Origin: Antedon mediterranea
Taxonomy: Eukaryota > Animalia > Echinodermata
Direction of reading: 5' to 3'
Length of the DNA: 64,000 bases
NCBI RefSeq assembly: GCF_964355755.1
Contig: NC_092671.1
Span: 4,092,001-4,156,000, forward strand
Shown one piece after another: positions 34,310 to 48,710 of this stretch (within the stretch, counting starts at the first letter, position 1; each line of letters opens with the position of its first letter). Below the pieces are notes generated by a model. That model searched no databases, was not told the DNA's origin, and saw only the letters and a program-made list of their open reading frames with translations. The position numbers and the translations under genes are program-made.

Positions 34310-34341
34310 TTTTATACCGTACACCATTGAACATCACGTGA
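34310..34341 (-). promoter_or_regulatory. Putative TATA box and palindromic E-box (TCACGTGA) upstream of the orphan gene
   Basis: TATAAAA on minus strand at 34310-34316; TCACGTGA at 34334-34341; ATG at 34230. Confidence 0.4.
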
Positions 34342-35185
34342 TTGCGAGACGCTCTCGTAAGCACCGTTTGACAAGTCTCCGCCCTCGTACTCACTATTCA
34401 AAAATTCAAATCTTTGATTTATGGCGCAATATTATTTTGAAGGAGTGATTGCTTATCTTAATGTTAAAGGATACTCTCTGTTTACATAAATGTGTTTGTG
34501 TTTGTTTTTTGTTTACTTGTTTTGATCATAGAGATAATATCTCTATGTTTTGATGTAGGCCCGGCCCTAACAAGCTTTATTTTGTAACTGTACTTAGGCC
34601 TAACTACTAAACCCTTAGTTTTTCAAACCAAACAAATTGACCATGACAGCAGAAAAAAAGATGCATGTGGACTAGGCCTACAGGAAGTTACCATGCTATT
34701 TATTTAGTGATTATGCAAACATCACGCAATGAATGTTATAACCTCAGCAAACAATTCTTGCTAACCATTACAACGTCCAGACATTTATAATATTTGTTCA
34801 TTCAATTATATCTGGTTTGATAAGAATTTTCCAGAAAAAGACAACACAAATGTGGCTTTATGAAATTATCTAATCTTGTGTTTCTTTGTTGTAAAGTACT
34901 TATAATGTATTGCATGGACTTGATGGCAGCCGAATGGTCTAGCTTTATGGCCCCATGAAAAGGAACCCAATAACCTTTATATGCGTAATACATTACGCCA
35001 AACTCGCAGTGACATTTGCATTGTAATAAGTCTAAAGCTTTGTTGCCATTAGAATTTAAGGACTATCACAAACGCTTGTGATTGCTTAATTCACTTGCGT
35101 TGTGCATTTGTCTTTGCGTCCAAGCTTGGTTTCCACTAGCATTCAACGCAAGGCGAACTCACTTGCGTTGCGCTTACGTCCTTGT

Positions 35186-35512
35186 ACACTAGGACTCAAC
35201 GCAAAGTCAACTCACTTTCATTGCGCCTGCGTTGATGCGTCCTAATACACTAGGACTCAACGCAAAGTCAACTCACTTTCATTGCGCCTGCGTTGATGCG
35301 TCCTAATACACTAGGACTCAACGCAAAGTCAACTCACTTTCATTGCGCCTGCGTTGATGCGTCCTAATACACTAGGACTCAACGCAAAGTCAACTCACTT
35401 TCATTGCGCCTGCGTTGATGCGTCCTAATACACTAGGACTCAACGCAAAGTCAACTCACTTTCATTGCGCCTGCGTTGATGCGTCCTAATACACTAGGAC
35501 TCAACGCAAAGT
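35186..35512. repeat. 61-bp perfect tandem repeat, ~5.3 copies
   Basis: ACACTAGGACTCAACGCAAAGTCAACTCACTTTCATTGCGCCTGCGTTGATGCGTCCTAAT repeated at 35186, 35247, 35308, 35369, 35430, 35491; degenerate precursor at ~35125-35185. Confidence 0.95.
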
Positions 35513-35638
35513 CATGTCATTTGGATGGAATGGAATCTACTTTGGCAAATTCTTCTACCGCTCCTAGATAAACATAATATTAATAACATGAGACACACTT
35601 AATTAGAAACAATCTCACGCGTTTTTCAAAGTTGGAAT

Positions 35639-38600
35639 TTAAATTTGGAAATTAGTATTCGTTTTTTGTTTTTCCAGAAGCGGATGTTTTTCACTGATAT
35701 TTTCGTCTTTTTCTTCATTCTTTTTCTTCGTTTTCTCATCAAATTGTGCGTCAACAGAACCGAATTTTAAGTGAATAAATCTGTTGAAAGAAAATGGTTA
35801 TTGGCAAAAGAATATAAACAAATATGAGTAAGGTTTTCATTATAACATCCCAAAAAATTAAAGATTTCATTTTTATTTCAGCATTTCTAGATTACGCAGC
35901 AGTTGATTTCCGAATGAAATCGAAGGTGCATAATGAGCGGCGGTGTGTAAGAAAACTTCAAAAAGTCAAAATGATAAAATTGGGATAAAAAGCGAAGTCA
36001 GTCAGTTGGCATATGAATAGTGTTCTATCGTGGTGAAATCGTTACGCAGGTCTCTTTGTCAATGTTGTCCGTATAAAAGGCCTGCCTTCGGGCGGTAGGT
36101 GAGCAAACAAATCATGCTACTATTATATAGCTACGATTTCCATCGTGTGTCTGCTGATCTGTTCGATTCGCATGAGTGCTCATGAACGACGTCATGACTC
36201 ATTCACTGAGCTCTGATTGGTTACGAAAGTTTTGAGGAACTTCAGAATTCGGCGCAGAAAGGGATTTGGAAGATGAAAATATACATTACGCATGCGTAAA
36301 AGCCGATGCTTTTGATTCGCCGAGTGGAAAACAGACTTTAGATAGGTCGGATAAAAAGCAATTTCCCACTTATTTGTACATGCAATATTATTAGGAAATG
36401 TACTTACATTACCAGAAGCGTTGTAACCAGTGAAAGTCCGGTGAATGTGTACCAAATCACACTTGGAAGATATTGAACGGTAGCTGAATATATAGTGCCA
36501 ATCCAAATGGGTCCAAGAACAAAACCCAAATTATCAGATAAACCAATAAGGGCAAATATTGCACCTGTATAATTGTATATTACACATAGAAAACAACGTA
36601 AAGTAACTGTAAAAAGTATCACTTTTACATTGCCTAAGCTTAGTTCAGACGAGGAAGCAACGCAAGCGAGTTGACCAATGACAGCTCGTTTAACCCATCG
36701 CTTTGATTAGTCAAATTACGTTGGGCTTACGTTTTTGCGTTGCATAGTCCGGTCATTTTAACTTTTTACTTGGAACTACAGAATTTTTTCACCACAATGC
36801 ATTTCTTTGAGGTCCCCAGAACACCATACTAAAAGGCCCAAACAATCCTAATAGGGGTAAGGCGTCTAATTTACATAAATCCAAAATGGCCGCCAAAATT
36901 CAATAATTTGACATATAGTAGAACCAAGCTATATAAAATCTCTTAGAGCTTATTTGAGTTTCTCCAGATACAAGGCATTAACTATTAATTTGATTCATTT
37001 TTGTCAACATACTTTGAATTTTGCGTAAATAAAATGAATGAATGAATATAAAACACTGGTACGCGTAAACTCCGGAGCTGCTAGGCGATATGAAAGGGAT
37101 AAACTAAACATGTACAATTCGGAAAATATGATTATTTTCATACTTATTTACTGAATGTTATACACACAAATTTCAATCCACTAACCTCGCTCATTTTGTT
37201 CAACAAACTTCGATAAGCGTGCTTCAATAATGGCTTTTGGTAGAACCATTAAAACTGCTAACGGTATCGCTAAATGAAGTGCAAACAATATTTTTTAATT
37301 ATTCTTTAGTAATTTATTTCTATATAAGCCAACAGAAATATTAATAGGGAGCATCGACCAAAACCTATACACATTGTTGGTCGTCCTCTGGGCCTACAAA
37401 TTCTGATTCTTAAAATATTTCTTGAAACAATTAAATTTTGACTTGTTTGTATTTCAATACAAATCACCGTTTTTGTTTTACTGAATTCTTATTTCAAGCA
37501 ATAATGTTCTTAAAATAAGTAAAAATTATCCATTTTTGTTTATAGAATTCTTATTTCAAGCAATAGGTCGTCGCGAACCGAAAGCTATCTAATTATGATA
37601 TTAACGAAGATGAAAATGGTTATAGCGAAAAAATCAGTTAGTAGAATAGGAAAAAGTCATGTACAATACCAATGACATTTGATGATGTTTTTGATTTTGT
37701 GTTCGAAATCAAAGATATTCACAGTTAACATACCTATATAGACGATGTCATCGGTCGCTGTGGCAAGAACTAATGACGATACGATGGCAGAAGTCGAACC
37801 TATGTAGAACAATGCGTAGTCACCAGTATTGCAGAATTTCTTCAGTGCTTTAGTAATAAACAGCATTCCTATTATAGTTAAATATAAAAAAGAAAGCACT
37901 CAGAAACCGAGTGAAGTACTTGACAAAACATTGCCATAGATAACGCATGTTGATATTTCAGCCCGTGTTAAAAGAATACACATTTTGTTGTGAAGTTATC
38001 AATGAACCGATTGTCTTGAATTTCAATAGGCATGTTTTTAAGTATATAACTATTTAAAGGCCATGTGCGGGCAAAAAATTTCTATTGATCATACATTCCA
38101 ATAAATATCGATATATAGTTTCCTTTATGTAATATGTAATAATTTTTGGGATTTTATTTGTCTGACACGAGCTTGTTGAAAATAAGCACTTTCTTCAAAT
38201 TACACAGTAAAATCTCTATTCTTTTGTACACACATTTTGTAAATAGAGAGGCATTTTAAAAAGCTATGAAAAATAAATGGTGTGGTAAAAAAATGTTATC
38301 AGATGACTAAATGTAGGTAATATAACTTGATTTTTACATTTCTGTTATTTTTATTCAACTTCAGATTTTTATTTTCATGCTATAGCAAAAATTATCCACC
38401 GTATATCCACCATCTTTTTTCAACTTCTAGGGAGTCACCAGACATGTTATTACATTAGGTTAAACTACCTAACTACTGAAAAAAGTCTTCCTGGTTTTTA
38501 TGACAGAATTTTGCCAAATTTTGTATTTGGCCATATTAAGGGAAATTCATGTTTTTTTTTCGTCTTGATTTCTGTTACAAATATTTGATTTATTTACAAT

Positions 38601-40475
38601 TAACCAGATATTATATTAAAAATTCATGCCTGTACCTGAGCTTTAAACCAAAATATTCAAAAGATAACTTTGTAGGCGCTACCGTGCTAACAAACAAACA
38701 AAGCAAGTACTATGCTTATACACTAGGAGTTATTTAGGAAGAAAGTGATTGTGACTATTTCGTTGGAAGATTCAGCGCCCTTACAGATGTCAAACAACAA
38801 TTGATCAGGCAATAAATGTTTCTTGTTGAAACCTTACGTTAGATTAAAATAAATTATTCTCGCGACACATTATCCAAATATTTTATTTAATTGATTAAAC
38901 ATACGTTTTGTATTTCTGAAGATAATATATATATATATATATATATATATTTAAATTTACTTAACAGATAAAAACAATTCGATATAAAAATAAAATAGGC
39001 AACGCTATATAATAAGGATGAAATAGGGACAACGAGAAAAAGGGAAACATGTAAAAACTAGAATTTTCTAAAATATGGTGGAGAGGACGAAAACAAAACT
39101 TGGAAAAAAAACCCAAAAAACTAAATGAAATAAACGAGTACTTGCTCTCGAGTGAGAGGTAGTGGAGGAAGCGTGTGAAATGAATCTGCCAGAGGATAGA
39201 TAAAATTGGAGGTTTTTTGGTTAACTACTACCTTTATTCATTCAATGTTTCTTAAATAATAATTTAAAAATTTGTATGCCTTTTCTACCCCTTTTTCGTT
39301 ATTTTATGGTTTTTTTTGTTCGCCTCTTTAATACTAATTTGAGGGGTTAACTGCAATAAAGAGTGTTTATTTATTTAAGATTTCAATAGACATGTTCTGT
39401 GTATATAACTATTTACATCGAAATATTTAGAATGATAACTTGGAAATTGTAGGCGCTACCGTCCTAACGGACAAGCAAATAAAGATACTTCTAAATTCTA
39501 TTTTGCCAAGTAACAATTTATTTTGGCATATTTGTTCTAACATCAATTTATTCGAATTATAACGTGAATTGGCTGATATTCTTACTTACCAATTGTATTT
39601 GACATGTAATATAGGAAACTAAAATATCCGGCAGCTTTGATTTTCATGTGCAATGGTGGACCAATAACGTACAGTTGGATTCCATGGAAAAGAGAATTTA
39701 CCGTGGTCGAATTGATAACTCGAGCTGCCATCCAGAGAGACACTAGCTTGCGACGGTTATTTCGATTACTTGTTATGACATCGACTATGTCTCTCACCAC
39801 ATGCTTAAGTGAAAATGTTTCATCTCTTTGGTCAACATCAACACTCTCCTTCATCAAACACGTAATGTAGAAAATTGAAAATAATAGTAGAACTATCGCG
39901 AATACAAACGGTTGAAGAAATCCGGTTTCCTCTATCCAAAACGAGAAACATAACTGCCCTAAACCAATTCCAAAAAAGGTTATTCCAAGAAGAATTGACA
40001 TACGAATTGTCATCTGTTCTGACGTACAAGTGTCACCGATATAAGAAGAAGCACCGGATCGCTGTAAAATTGTGTTACCAGTCAAACCAATTGCCAGATT
40101 ACCGATAAGAAGGTACGGAACCGGTAGTTCGAATAAGTATACACTAGTAAAAGAAACGGATGCCACTAACAGTCCGACCGCCGGTACAATTAAAGTGATC
40201 TTCCTGCCGACACGATCACTCCATGTTGATACGTATAGAATAACAAACAACGCTGGTAAAGATTGACAAAGCAGAAAAACTGTAGTCCATTCGGCGGTTA
40301 ATACTTGAACATAGTCTTCTTCTACAAGATCCGAACTAGAGTTAAGCGCAGAACCAACATTTAGATTTAACTGAATAATATGTTTTGTGAAGACAACTCC
40401 TTGTACAGAAAGAAGCGCGAAAATAGCATATGCAATAAATACAGTAGTTTCAACTGGTGCAGACGTTAAGGCCAT
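35639..40475 (-). CDS. SLC46-family (proton-coupled folate transporter/SLC46A3-like) MFS transporter, ~467 aa
   Basis: Exons 40475-39590, 37868-37734, 37269-37186, 36564-36408, 35780-35639. N-terminal PVE, WSDRVGRK (MFS motif A), SYIGDT...R, RLSKFVEQNERGAIFA (SLC46-like SKLV...EQG motif), C-terminal EKHPLL. Confidence 0.85.
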
Positions 40476-43400
40476 TCTATATCAATGTCTGAGGAGTGAT
40501 CTTAAGGCGAATATATGTGAGAATCTCTGTTATTTCGCTGCTCGATAAGAGTCTACTGTCAGTCCTGATCCTATACCATGTTTTTGTTTATGACTGAATC
40601 CAGAATCAGCAATGCTATTAGGAAACCTACTGAATTTATAACTACAGTACTTTCTTTTTTATTTAAATCTCGGAATCAACAATATGGTCTAATCGTTAAT
40701 ATATTATGGTCAAGACACAATATTGTTTTTAAAAACCATTTGTTTAGATCAGAATAAAAATTTAATTACGCCTACATATGTGTTCAATAAAAACACATAT
40801 AATTAAGCAAATTTTGCATTTCAGTAAAAGACAGTTTTGGATTTTTTTTTTGCCTAATGAAACACAGACTATTTCTATTTATGACTATTTCAATATATGA
40901 TTTAGCGCCCTCGCACACTTTTCCGGTATTATCGGACAACGTTAATTGATTTTAGTCTGGAAACCGCTCTTAAATGTTTCTAGAAACCGTATGTTATATT
41001 AGTATACATCATTATCGCGCTTAAATTAACTTAATTATCTTATTTAATTGATCAACCATATGTTTTGTATTTTTGTTGATAATGTTTTTGAAATGTACGT
41101 GAAAAAAAATTAAATAGAGAACGCAATGGGGTGAAAAACCTGGTGGAGAGGACGAAAACATTTTTAAAGACAGAATAAATTAAATGGAGAGAGAGTAAGT
41201 GTGGAATTAATTTGGTAGAAATTTGAACCAAATTGAAGGCAATATAACAACGGGACACTGAGTTCGCCTTGACAAGAACTCGTAACCATCTTTTGATCTT
41301 TTGTATGGCTGCGACAAATATTCTCCGCGCCGCGCGCGGTGTCTGTTAAGGAGCGTGGAACTGACCGTGTCGCAGCCGGCCACAGATAAAACCTTTGATC
41401 TCCGAAACTCTGCATCATGTTGCTAGATTGCCTTGGTTGAACTGCAATGAAATTGTTGTGTTTTTATTTTTTTTAAATCCCAAAAACTTATCACCCAATC
41501 GCAGGCCTACAAATGATGAATAAGTCATGTCAAATAAGGCTCAAAGGCCCAACAGCAGTATAATGTAGTTGGTTTATAATATACGTATTGCATACATAAT
41601 AATCATAGGCCTACGCTTACTGTTATCTATACATCAACCGCCCGCCACCACACTGATTTTCAGTAATAATACCTCGCTTCTGATTCGCTGAATTTTGCGC
41701 AGGGTTACCTTAATTCAATTTAGTAACCCGCTTTCGGCTCTTTATTTGTGTAATGTCAGAGTGTCGCAGATTGACGCAATAACTTGCTGTCTTAGCTTCG
41801 AGAGACCAGATACCAAAAATAACTCGTCGTGCATTTCCACAAGAAGATCATGCAGTGGAAATAGATGATAATACTCTGCCCTGTTATGTAGCATTGGATA
41901 GTACCGTCTAATTCTATTTACACCTAGCAATTGGCAGCGGCGAGACTGGAGGCGTTATTTCAAACGTCACTTTTCTTCTTTTTACTAATGAAGTAAGTGA
42001 AATCAGTGAAATGTAAAAAGTAGAGACGAATGGAAGCTTAAATTGGATTGCATTTATCTGATAATTGCATTAATCAGGGCGAAATTTGATGATGTGATTT
42101 ATGAAATGTTTCTGCTGGACGCGCGCGCAATAAAAAATCGTCTGGGTCATTTTCAGACAACGTCGTAGCAATAGCAAGGTAAGAACAAACATTTATATAC
42201 TTTTTTGAGCATTTAATCAAAAACGTATTTGATCAGAATAAGGTTGTATTTATACTTTATCTGTATATTAACTATTCGGAGAGTCGCTTTGTTGTTTTTT
42301 TTTAAAATTAATGATGTTTCGAAGACTAAAAGAATGACAAAGGGGAAAACTGCATGAGCCGGACTATGACGTAACGTTTCGAGGAATCAAGCTGAAACAG
42401 TGTAATTAAGTTTTAATGTATATATTTATTTAGTTTAAACACTACTTAGGCACTACGACCCCCTGCGAACCTAGAAGACTTCAATTTGGAAATGCGCAAA
42501 CGCTCGCAGTAACCGCACCGTGCTATACACGTCTTCTCATTTCATTTCATTTCATTATTTATTTGGTCTATTTAAGTATATACAAAACAAAAAAAAAATG
42601 AAATTGGGGAGACCAGGGTCAACCTAAGTGAACTTAATCACTGTAGCTGAGCCGGTTGACCCAACCCCAAAGTCAGTTTACACATAAAAGACGTAAAGAC
42701 AAAAAACAGTTACAGAAAAAGTAGTCGGCCAAATTTTAAGGGTAATATATGATAATTAATAGCATTCACTGAAGCTCAGAAAACCAGGTTTAGTTTAGTT
42801 ATCAATATATGCTACAGTTCAAATGGGTACTTATCTAGTAAAAATACTGTATAATACGTGTATACGAATACTAATATTAATAATTAAAATTATCTATACT
42901 ACTGTTTTTAAGTAAATCACAGTACCCACGATAATAGTATATAATAGTATATGATAATAGGAAGTGGGAGAAAGGAGAGGTTGAACGGAGGGTAAAGGAG
43001 AAATGTGATGATAATGTATTGCCAGATTATTAAGTCACTGATTCAATTTATTCAGGGCTCCTCCGTAAGTGCATCGCTAGCCCACTACACGAACATTAAA
43101 AGCATGCAATCTATCGACCAAATCCGAATCTCCTTTGTGCTGAGAAGTTTTACTAGACAAGAACCAACAGAGAAAATATTAATATATATTATAAGTTAGG
43201 CTGTATCTTAATCATAGGGGGTAAGCCCGTGTATCTGTGCGCTAACCTAAAACTGAACTTATTCCCGCCAAGATACTCCTTTCGCACACCACGTAGTTAC
43301 ATTTCAAAGGCATAACTACAAAGTAGTCGGCAAGAACGGAATTCCTACCACCTCGACATGCCAAACTAAAATATACCTAAGCAGAAAATTCCTATGGTCT

Positions 43401-46400
43401 CTACCTCTGCATGCAATTGCAACGATATTCATTTCGGCGTGGTTTTGAATTGTTTGAACGCAATTGTGCTGTGCGCAGATGAATATTTATAGATTAATGC
43501 TAGAGCAGTTTTAAGCATGTCTGTCGGATATCAAAACGAGCAACACTGCTCTTAATACAAGAGCGTTTACTACGCAAGATGAGAACAAAGCTAAAGTGAC
43601 TGACACATCTACCACAGTAGCATTAAGATGTCAATTTAATATTAAAACCATAAGCGAACAATTTGATTGTAAATTTAAGCCTTGTAATTAATCTGCAAAA
43701 TCAATAATACGGGTATAAAATTTCTAACACTGATCGTGGATGTGATGCTGTATCGTTGATAACATCATTAGCGCCAGGATTGGCTTGATCTGATGGAATA
43801 TCACTTTCAATTCGTCACTGACATACCATTTTTAATTTTGTTAGATGAAGTTAGGAGTGTAACGTAACGTAAAGTAAGGTTTAATTTGTTTGATGTTCAC
43901 AAGCCCTTGACTAATCGTCATTGAGCGTAACTAATTTTATTGGATTTGGAGTTACTAACTAACTCAGGGTACTAACCCACAAAAAAAGCTTGTTGACAAA
44001 CAAACTGTATGCCCAGAATGCATGTGGCTCTGTTGCCAGTACTGAATTTAAAAATGTCGATTGAACAGTTTACGTACGGGCGCGTTTTAATGCGTTTGTT
44101 GAATGCACGCGTACAACAATTTTCATCACAATTGAAGTGTGTGTACGCACGCGTTTAAATGCTGATGAAATGTGCGTTGATAGTGTCTCTTCGTTCATTG
44201 AACACGAGAAATGACTATTACTAGTAAGAATTGTTTACTTTCTTTGCTCGTGTTACAATAAAACACTTCTATAACGGTAGATACGATTCATAAATGCCAT
44301 TTTATTTCAGAACCATCTCCTAAAACTTTTAAAGCTTTGTTTAAAACATCAATTGTCAGCGATGAACGAGCAATCGAGTAACGTACAGTTGTACTAAAAT
44401 AATGACTATTTCCACTCATCTCAGCACTTAATACGAATCGTTTCATCATTTTATAGACGCTTAACCAATACTTGTACGAATTTCTATAAAGAAGACGGTA
44501 ATTAAAGGCCATGACCTCAAATTATGCGAACATTTTATGTCGTCATAGAATCAGCAAACAATATGGCAACTGAAAACCAAATGGAGTGATTGATGCGAAA
44601 ACATTGAATGATTGTTGAAACTAAGTTTTTTTTATATTATACAATCCTTTGACAATTCTAATGTGTGTTAACGAGTGTTAGACCTAGAAATACATTTAGG
44701 ACTACTAGGCCTAAAGTAAAAGATTTTTTACAAGCAACATGTTTGATATACACAAAACACGTCTTATCTTTATTTTAAATTTAACGCGTGCGTTGAAAGA
44801 CTGATAATAGTACAGCTTTTGTTACGTGTGTGTAAAGACTGATAACAATAGTGCGGATATTGTACGCGCGCGTTCAAAGATTGATAATAGTATGGCTTTG
44901 GTACGCGCACGTAAAATCTATGTATTCCGTGTACCATGAACGGTATTTTATCGGACGGTGACGATCGTTGATGCGTCTGATAAACGGTCTATTGAGGAGT
45001 CATCAATGCAGTTAGTAGCAATAATGGAGTTTCATTTTAGATTATAATCAACATAACTCGGTATGTAAAAAATAGCATATCAACTGGACCCCTTCTGTTC
45101 GGCAATTTGCTGCATCTAGACGATGTTTTCTTTAGCGATGTTCGACAGCAGAAATACGGTTATATCTCGATAGACATACCAAGAAACACGAGACTTTAAT
45201 CATATTAAAACAATTCATATACCGATTTGAATTGATGAAACCACAAATGGACAAAAAGTTGATGCCGTACCACTTTCAGTAATATTTAAAGGCAATCGTA
45301 ATCTGCGCATGCTCACATGTCTCTGCCCGTACGCAGAATGGCTGGGCAGAGCCTAGTTGCGAAAGCAAGCCACAGGCTGTGATGGCTGTCGATCAATTTT
45401 TATAGTTAATGTGTTAATAAGAAGTTAAAATATGATATCATTTTTAACAAGGTTTAAAATCAAATAAAAAAATGTGACGGTAGATTGTGATATGTTTCCT
45501 GGGTAAAATATCTTCCCCTGTAATCAATACAAGTATACAGGTACCTATTATTTACAATTAGGTCGCTATTACTATTACAACGAAAATCATATCTATTCCT
45601 AATTTATTTTGGTGAATTTCAGACAGTAAGTAAATTTGCAGTAGGTTTTATGATGTTGTTTGGCTATTCCATTGAATTTAGGTACTTCGGAGGGCTGGTA
45701 TCTTCTATTCCCCCTTAAATATTTGAGTTCATTCTGTTCATATGCGATATAGTCTTGAGTAAAGTATTGTACATTATTATACTGTATTATCATTTTGTCC
45801 AGTATCATACAGCATCACATGTACTGGCTGTATCATGGAAGGTGAATTGCTAGGGTCTGTGATACAAGCGTTAGGCCTACATGTAAAAAACATGTGATAC
45901 TGAATCTGTGATTTTTTTTCTATGATATTTACCAAATTTCAATACATTACCGAGAATCGGCTAGACATTGTGTTGTACTACATGGGAACCAGTTATGCGC
46001 ATGCGTCAATTAACTTTCTTAACTGCTCTTTAATTGGCATAATTACCTAGTTAACAATGGCATTCGATACAGATTATTGATCAACCATTTAATATTTTAA
46101 GTGTTCAATGAACGGATTATGCCAATTTATTCGAACCAGTGTAAAGGTTGAGGGAGAAATTCGGTCACTGTCTAACTTCACTTTCATTGCAATATTTAGG
46201 TATGTATATTATTAGTTTGGATGGTTTCCACACAATTACTACAGTAGAACCTCTATTAAGGGGACACTTGGGGACACCTTCAGGACCCAAGAAGTGGCCA
46301 TATATAATAGGGATTGGTCATACCTATTAATGGTTGTAACTTAAATAGTGGTGGATGTACCCCGAGTATAGAGCTGTCTCCAAAAAAGGTGTTCTCCGGT

Positions 46401-48289
46401 TTTTGATCAAACTGTTTTTAGACAAAATGAAGCTGCCGAGTATAACGTAAGCGTCACAATGCATGGGGCGGCGACAGAGTGAAACGAAGAGAATTCGCTA
46501 AATACGACGATGAATTTTGATAAGGAAAATTATTTTGATGAAGATAACAATGATGATTATTATCGTTGTTCGTGATCAAATTATTGTGGAAGATATATCA
46601 ACCACTGAAAATAAGATGATTAATTATGATGATTATTACGACGACGATAATGAACATAATGGTTTATAATTGTCATAGTAATTAATATAATGACGTCATA
46701 ATATAATATAACTCAAACTTACAATCCTAGCCCAATGGTATCCCATAAATACAGGCGCCTGAAAGAGGATGAACATCATGGTATGATGAACAATATTGAC
46801 GATTGTGATCATAATTAATATCATGACGTCATGATATCAATATACAATCTCAATAATGTCTGCACTCGGTTTCATACGCTTAATAACCATAGGCCTAAAA
46901 TAGTACAACATAAGTGCGAAGGAAAGCTCAGAGATCACGAATTGTTGTTACATTATTGGCACGCGCACATGACGACAAAATATCAAGTTGACATAATAAG
47001 CTAGAAGGGTCTTGTTACAGCAGTTTAAACACTTGTTTCTTAGTTTAATATTTCAATGATACTCTCAGGAGCAATCAATCTATAATGTCATCCAATCATA
47101 AGTCGTATTTGAATATCATATAGGTTATCAAATGACGTCATTCATGTTATATTTTCACTACTATTATTCGATCTCAAATTCCGCGTTTGATTTCAATTAG
47201 GGATTTCCCCTTTTTATGAATTTGGGACGTTGAAAAAACGCTTATCATTTTGTAGACTTGCCCCATAAAAGTCTGTATTTATTGTCTTTTTTATGTTAGT
47301 CCACCAGTCGGCGTTTCGATATTTGTCTGAAAATACGAGCTCATGTTTTGTACGTATGAAACGCTATATGTGCCAACATATTTATCTTTTTACTAATTTA
47401 TGTTAAGAAGGCACTTTGTTTGGTCCCAAAGATGTCCACTTAATAGAGGTTCTATAAACAGCTGTATCAATTCCACAATGTTTACCGTACTTTGTACATT
47501 ATTTCTTTTAATGCAACTTTCTTTATATTGATATCATAATAAAGAAAAACAAATTAAAACTGTGGTTCCGCTGAGGTTCTGAAATGTATTTTATACCGAA
47601 AGTAATTGTAATTCATAATTCTTTCGCAAATCAACAGCCCAAAATGGTAATTTCTACAAATTAGTTCATCTCTAGAGGATAAAATTACATCAATAAGAAA
47701 ATCAGTAGTCGTTCCACTGTATGCGTCGTCTAGTTAGACTGTCTTAAAAATAGAAACAAGATTAAGTAATGAGGATGATGATAGATGTAGGTTGGAGCAT
47801 GTTGGAATTATGATTGCAGTGACCATCTTTCAATTGCCTAATATAATCAATCAATCTCATTATCTTATAATCACCGCAATGCGCATCTTCTTTTTAGGTA
47901 AAAGATCATCAGATACTTAGGAATTAGTACTATCAACTAATAACGAACTCGTAAGAAATCTTACTGTAAGTACTACTGGAGAACTCTAGTTATATTCAGG
48001 GACACTTCTATTAAGGGGACACTCTTCCATGACACGAGCAAGGGGTAATGTGTGTACTACAGTCAGCCTATATTCAGAGAAAACCCCTATTAAAGGGACA
48101 CTTTCTGTGAAACGAAGGAGGGAGCACAAACACACACAAGATGCTTTACGGGTTTTGAGAGTGGACTTTTTTTGCTATGATAAGAAATCTTGGCATTACA
48201 CAGGACTTGAACCAGAACCTCTGAATTGGTAGCTGAGCAAATAAACAACTAAAAAGTAACATCATTAGATTCAAAATAGATTCTGATAA

Positions 48290-48710
48290 GCAAAAGTGGT
48301 GGAACATTCAGATTTGGAAGCTTATTATTTTCTATTCATCAACCCCCGAACAATCCCCCCGCCCACCCCACCCCAACCACATCTGCCAAATGTTTCTCAG
48401 AGGCGGTTCAAATGTAGTTTCAGTAAAACTTCCCCAGTACAATTCGATAATTTGATAACACATGTGTATTGATGCGTGCAATAGCAAAAAATGTGTATAA
48501 TGGGCAATAATAAGATAGATGTTTAGGTGTTGATATATTCAAAGAAAAACATGGCATCATTAATTGAAAAATGACGCCATGCTATTATTTGAATATATCA
48601 ACACCTAACATATACTGTAATCATAAGATTCACATTTGAAAAGGAAAGTAACAATAGACTTTATTTCTTGATTTTTTAGTTTCAAATCTGAACACTCCAC
48701 TGGTACTTTC
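48290..48710. repeat. Palindromic element with central ~90-nt near-perfect hairpin (48520-48610)
   Basis: TAGGTGTTGATATATTCAAA...CATGGCATCATT / AATGACGCCATG...TTTGAATATATCAACACCTA; outer arms GTGGAACATTCAGATTTGGAAGC / GTTTCAAATCTGAACACTCCAC. Confidence 0.7.

Noticed and set aside
36079-36099. GC-rich UUCG hairpin as terminator or structured ncRNA
   Set aside because: Single short hairpin in a eukaryotic intron without further support; probably part of a TE.
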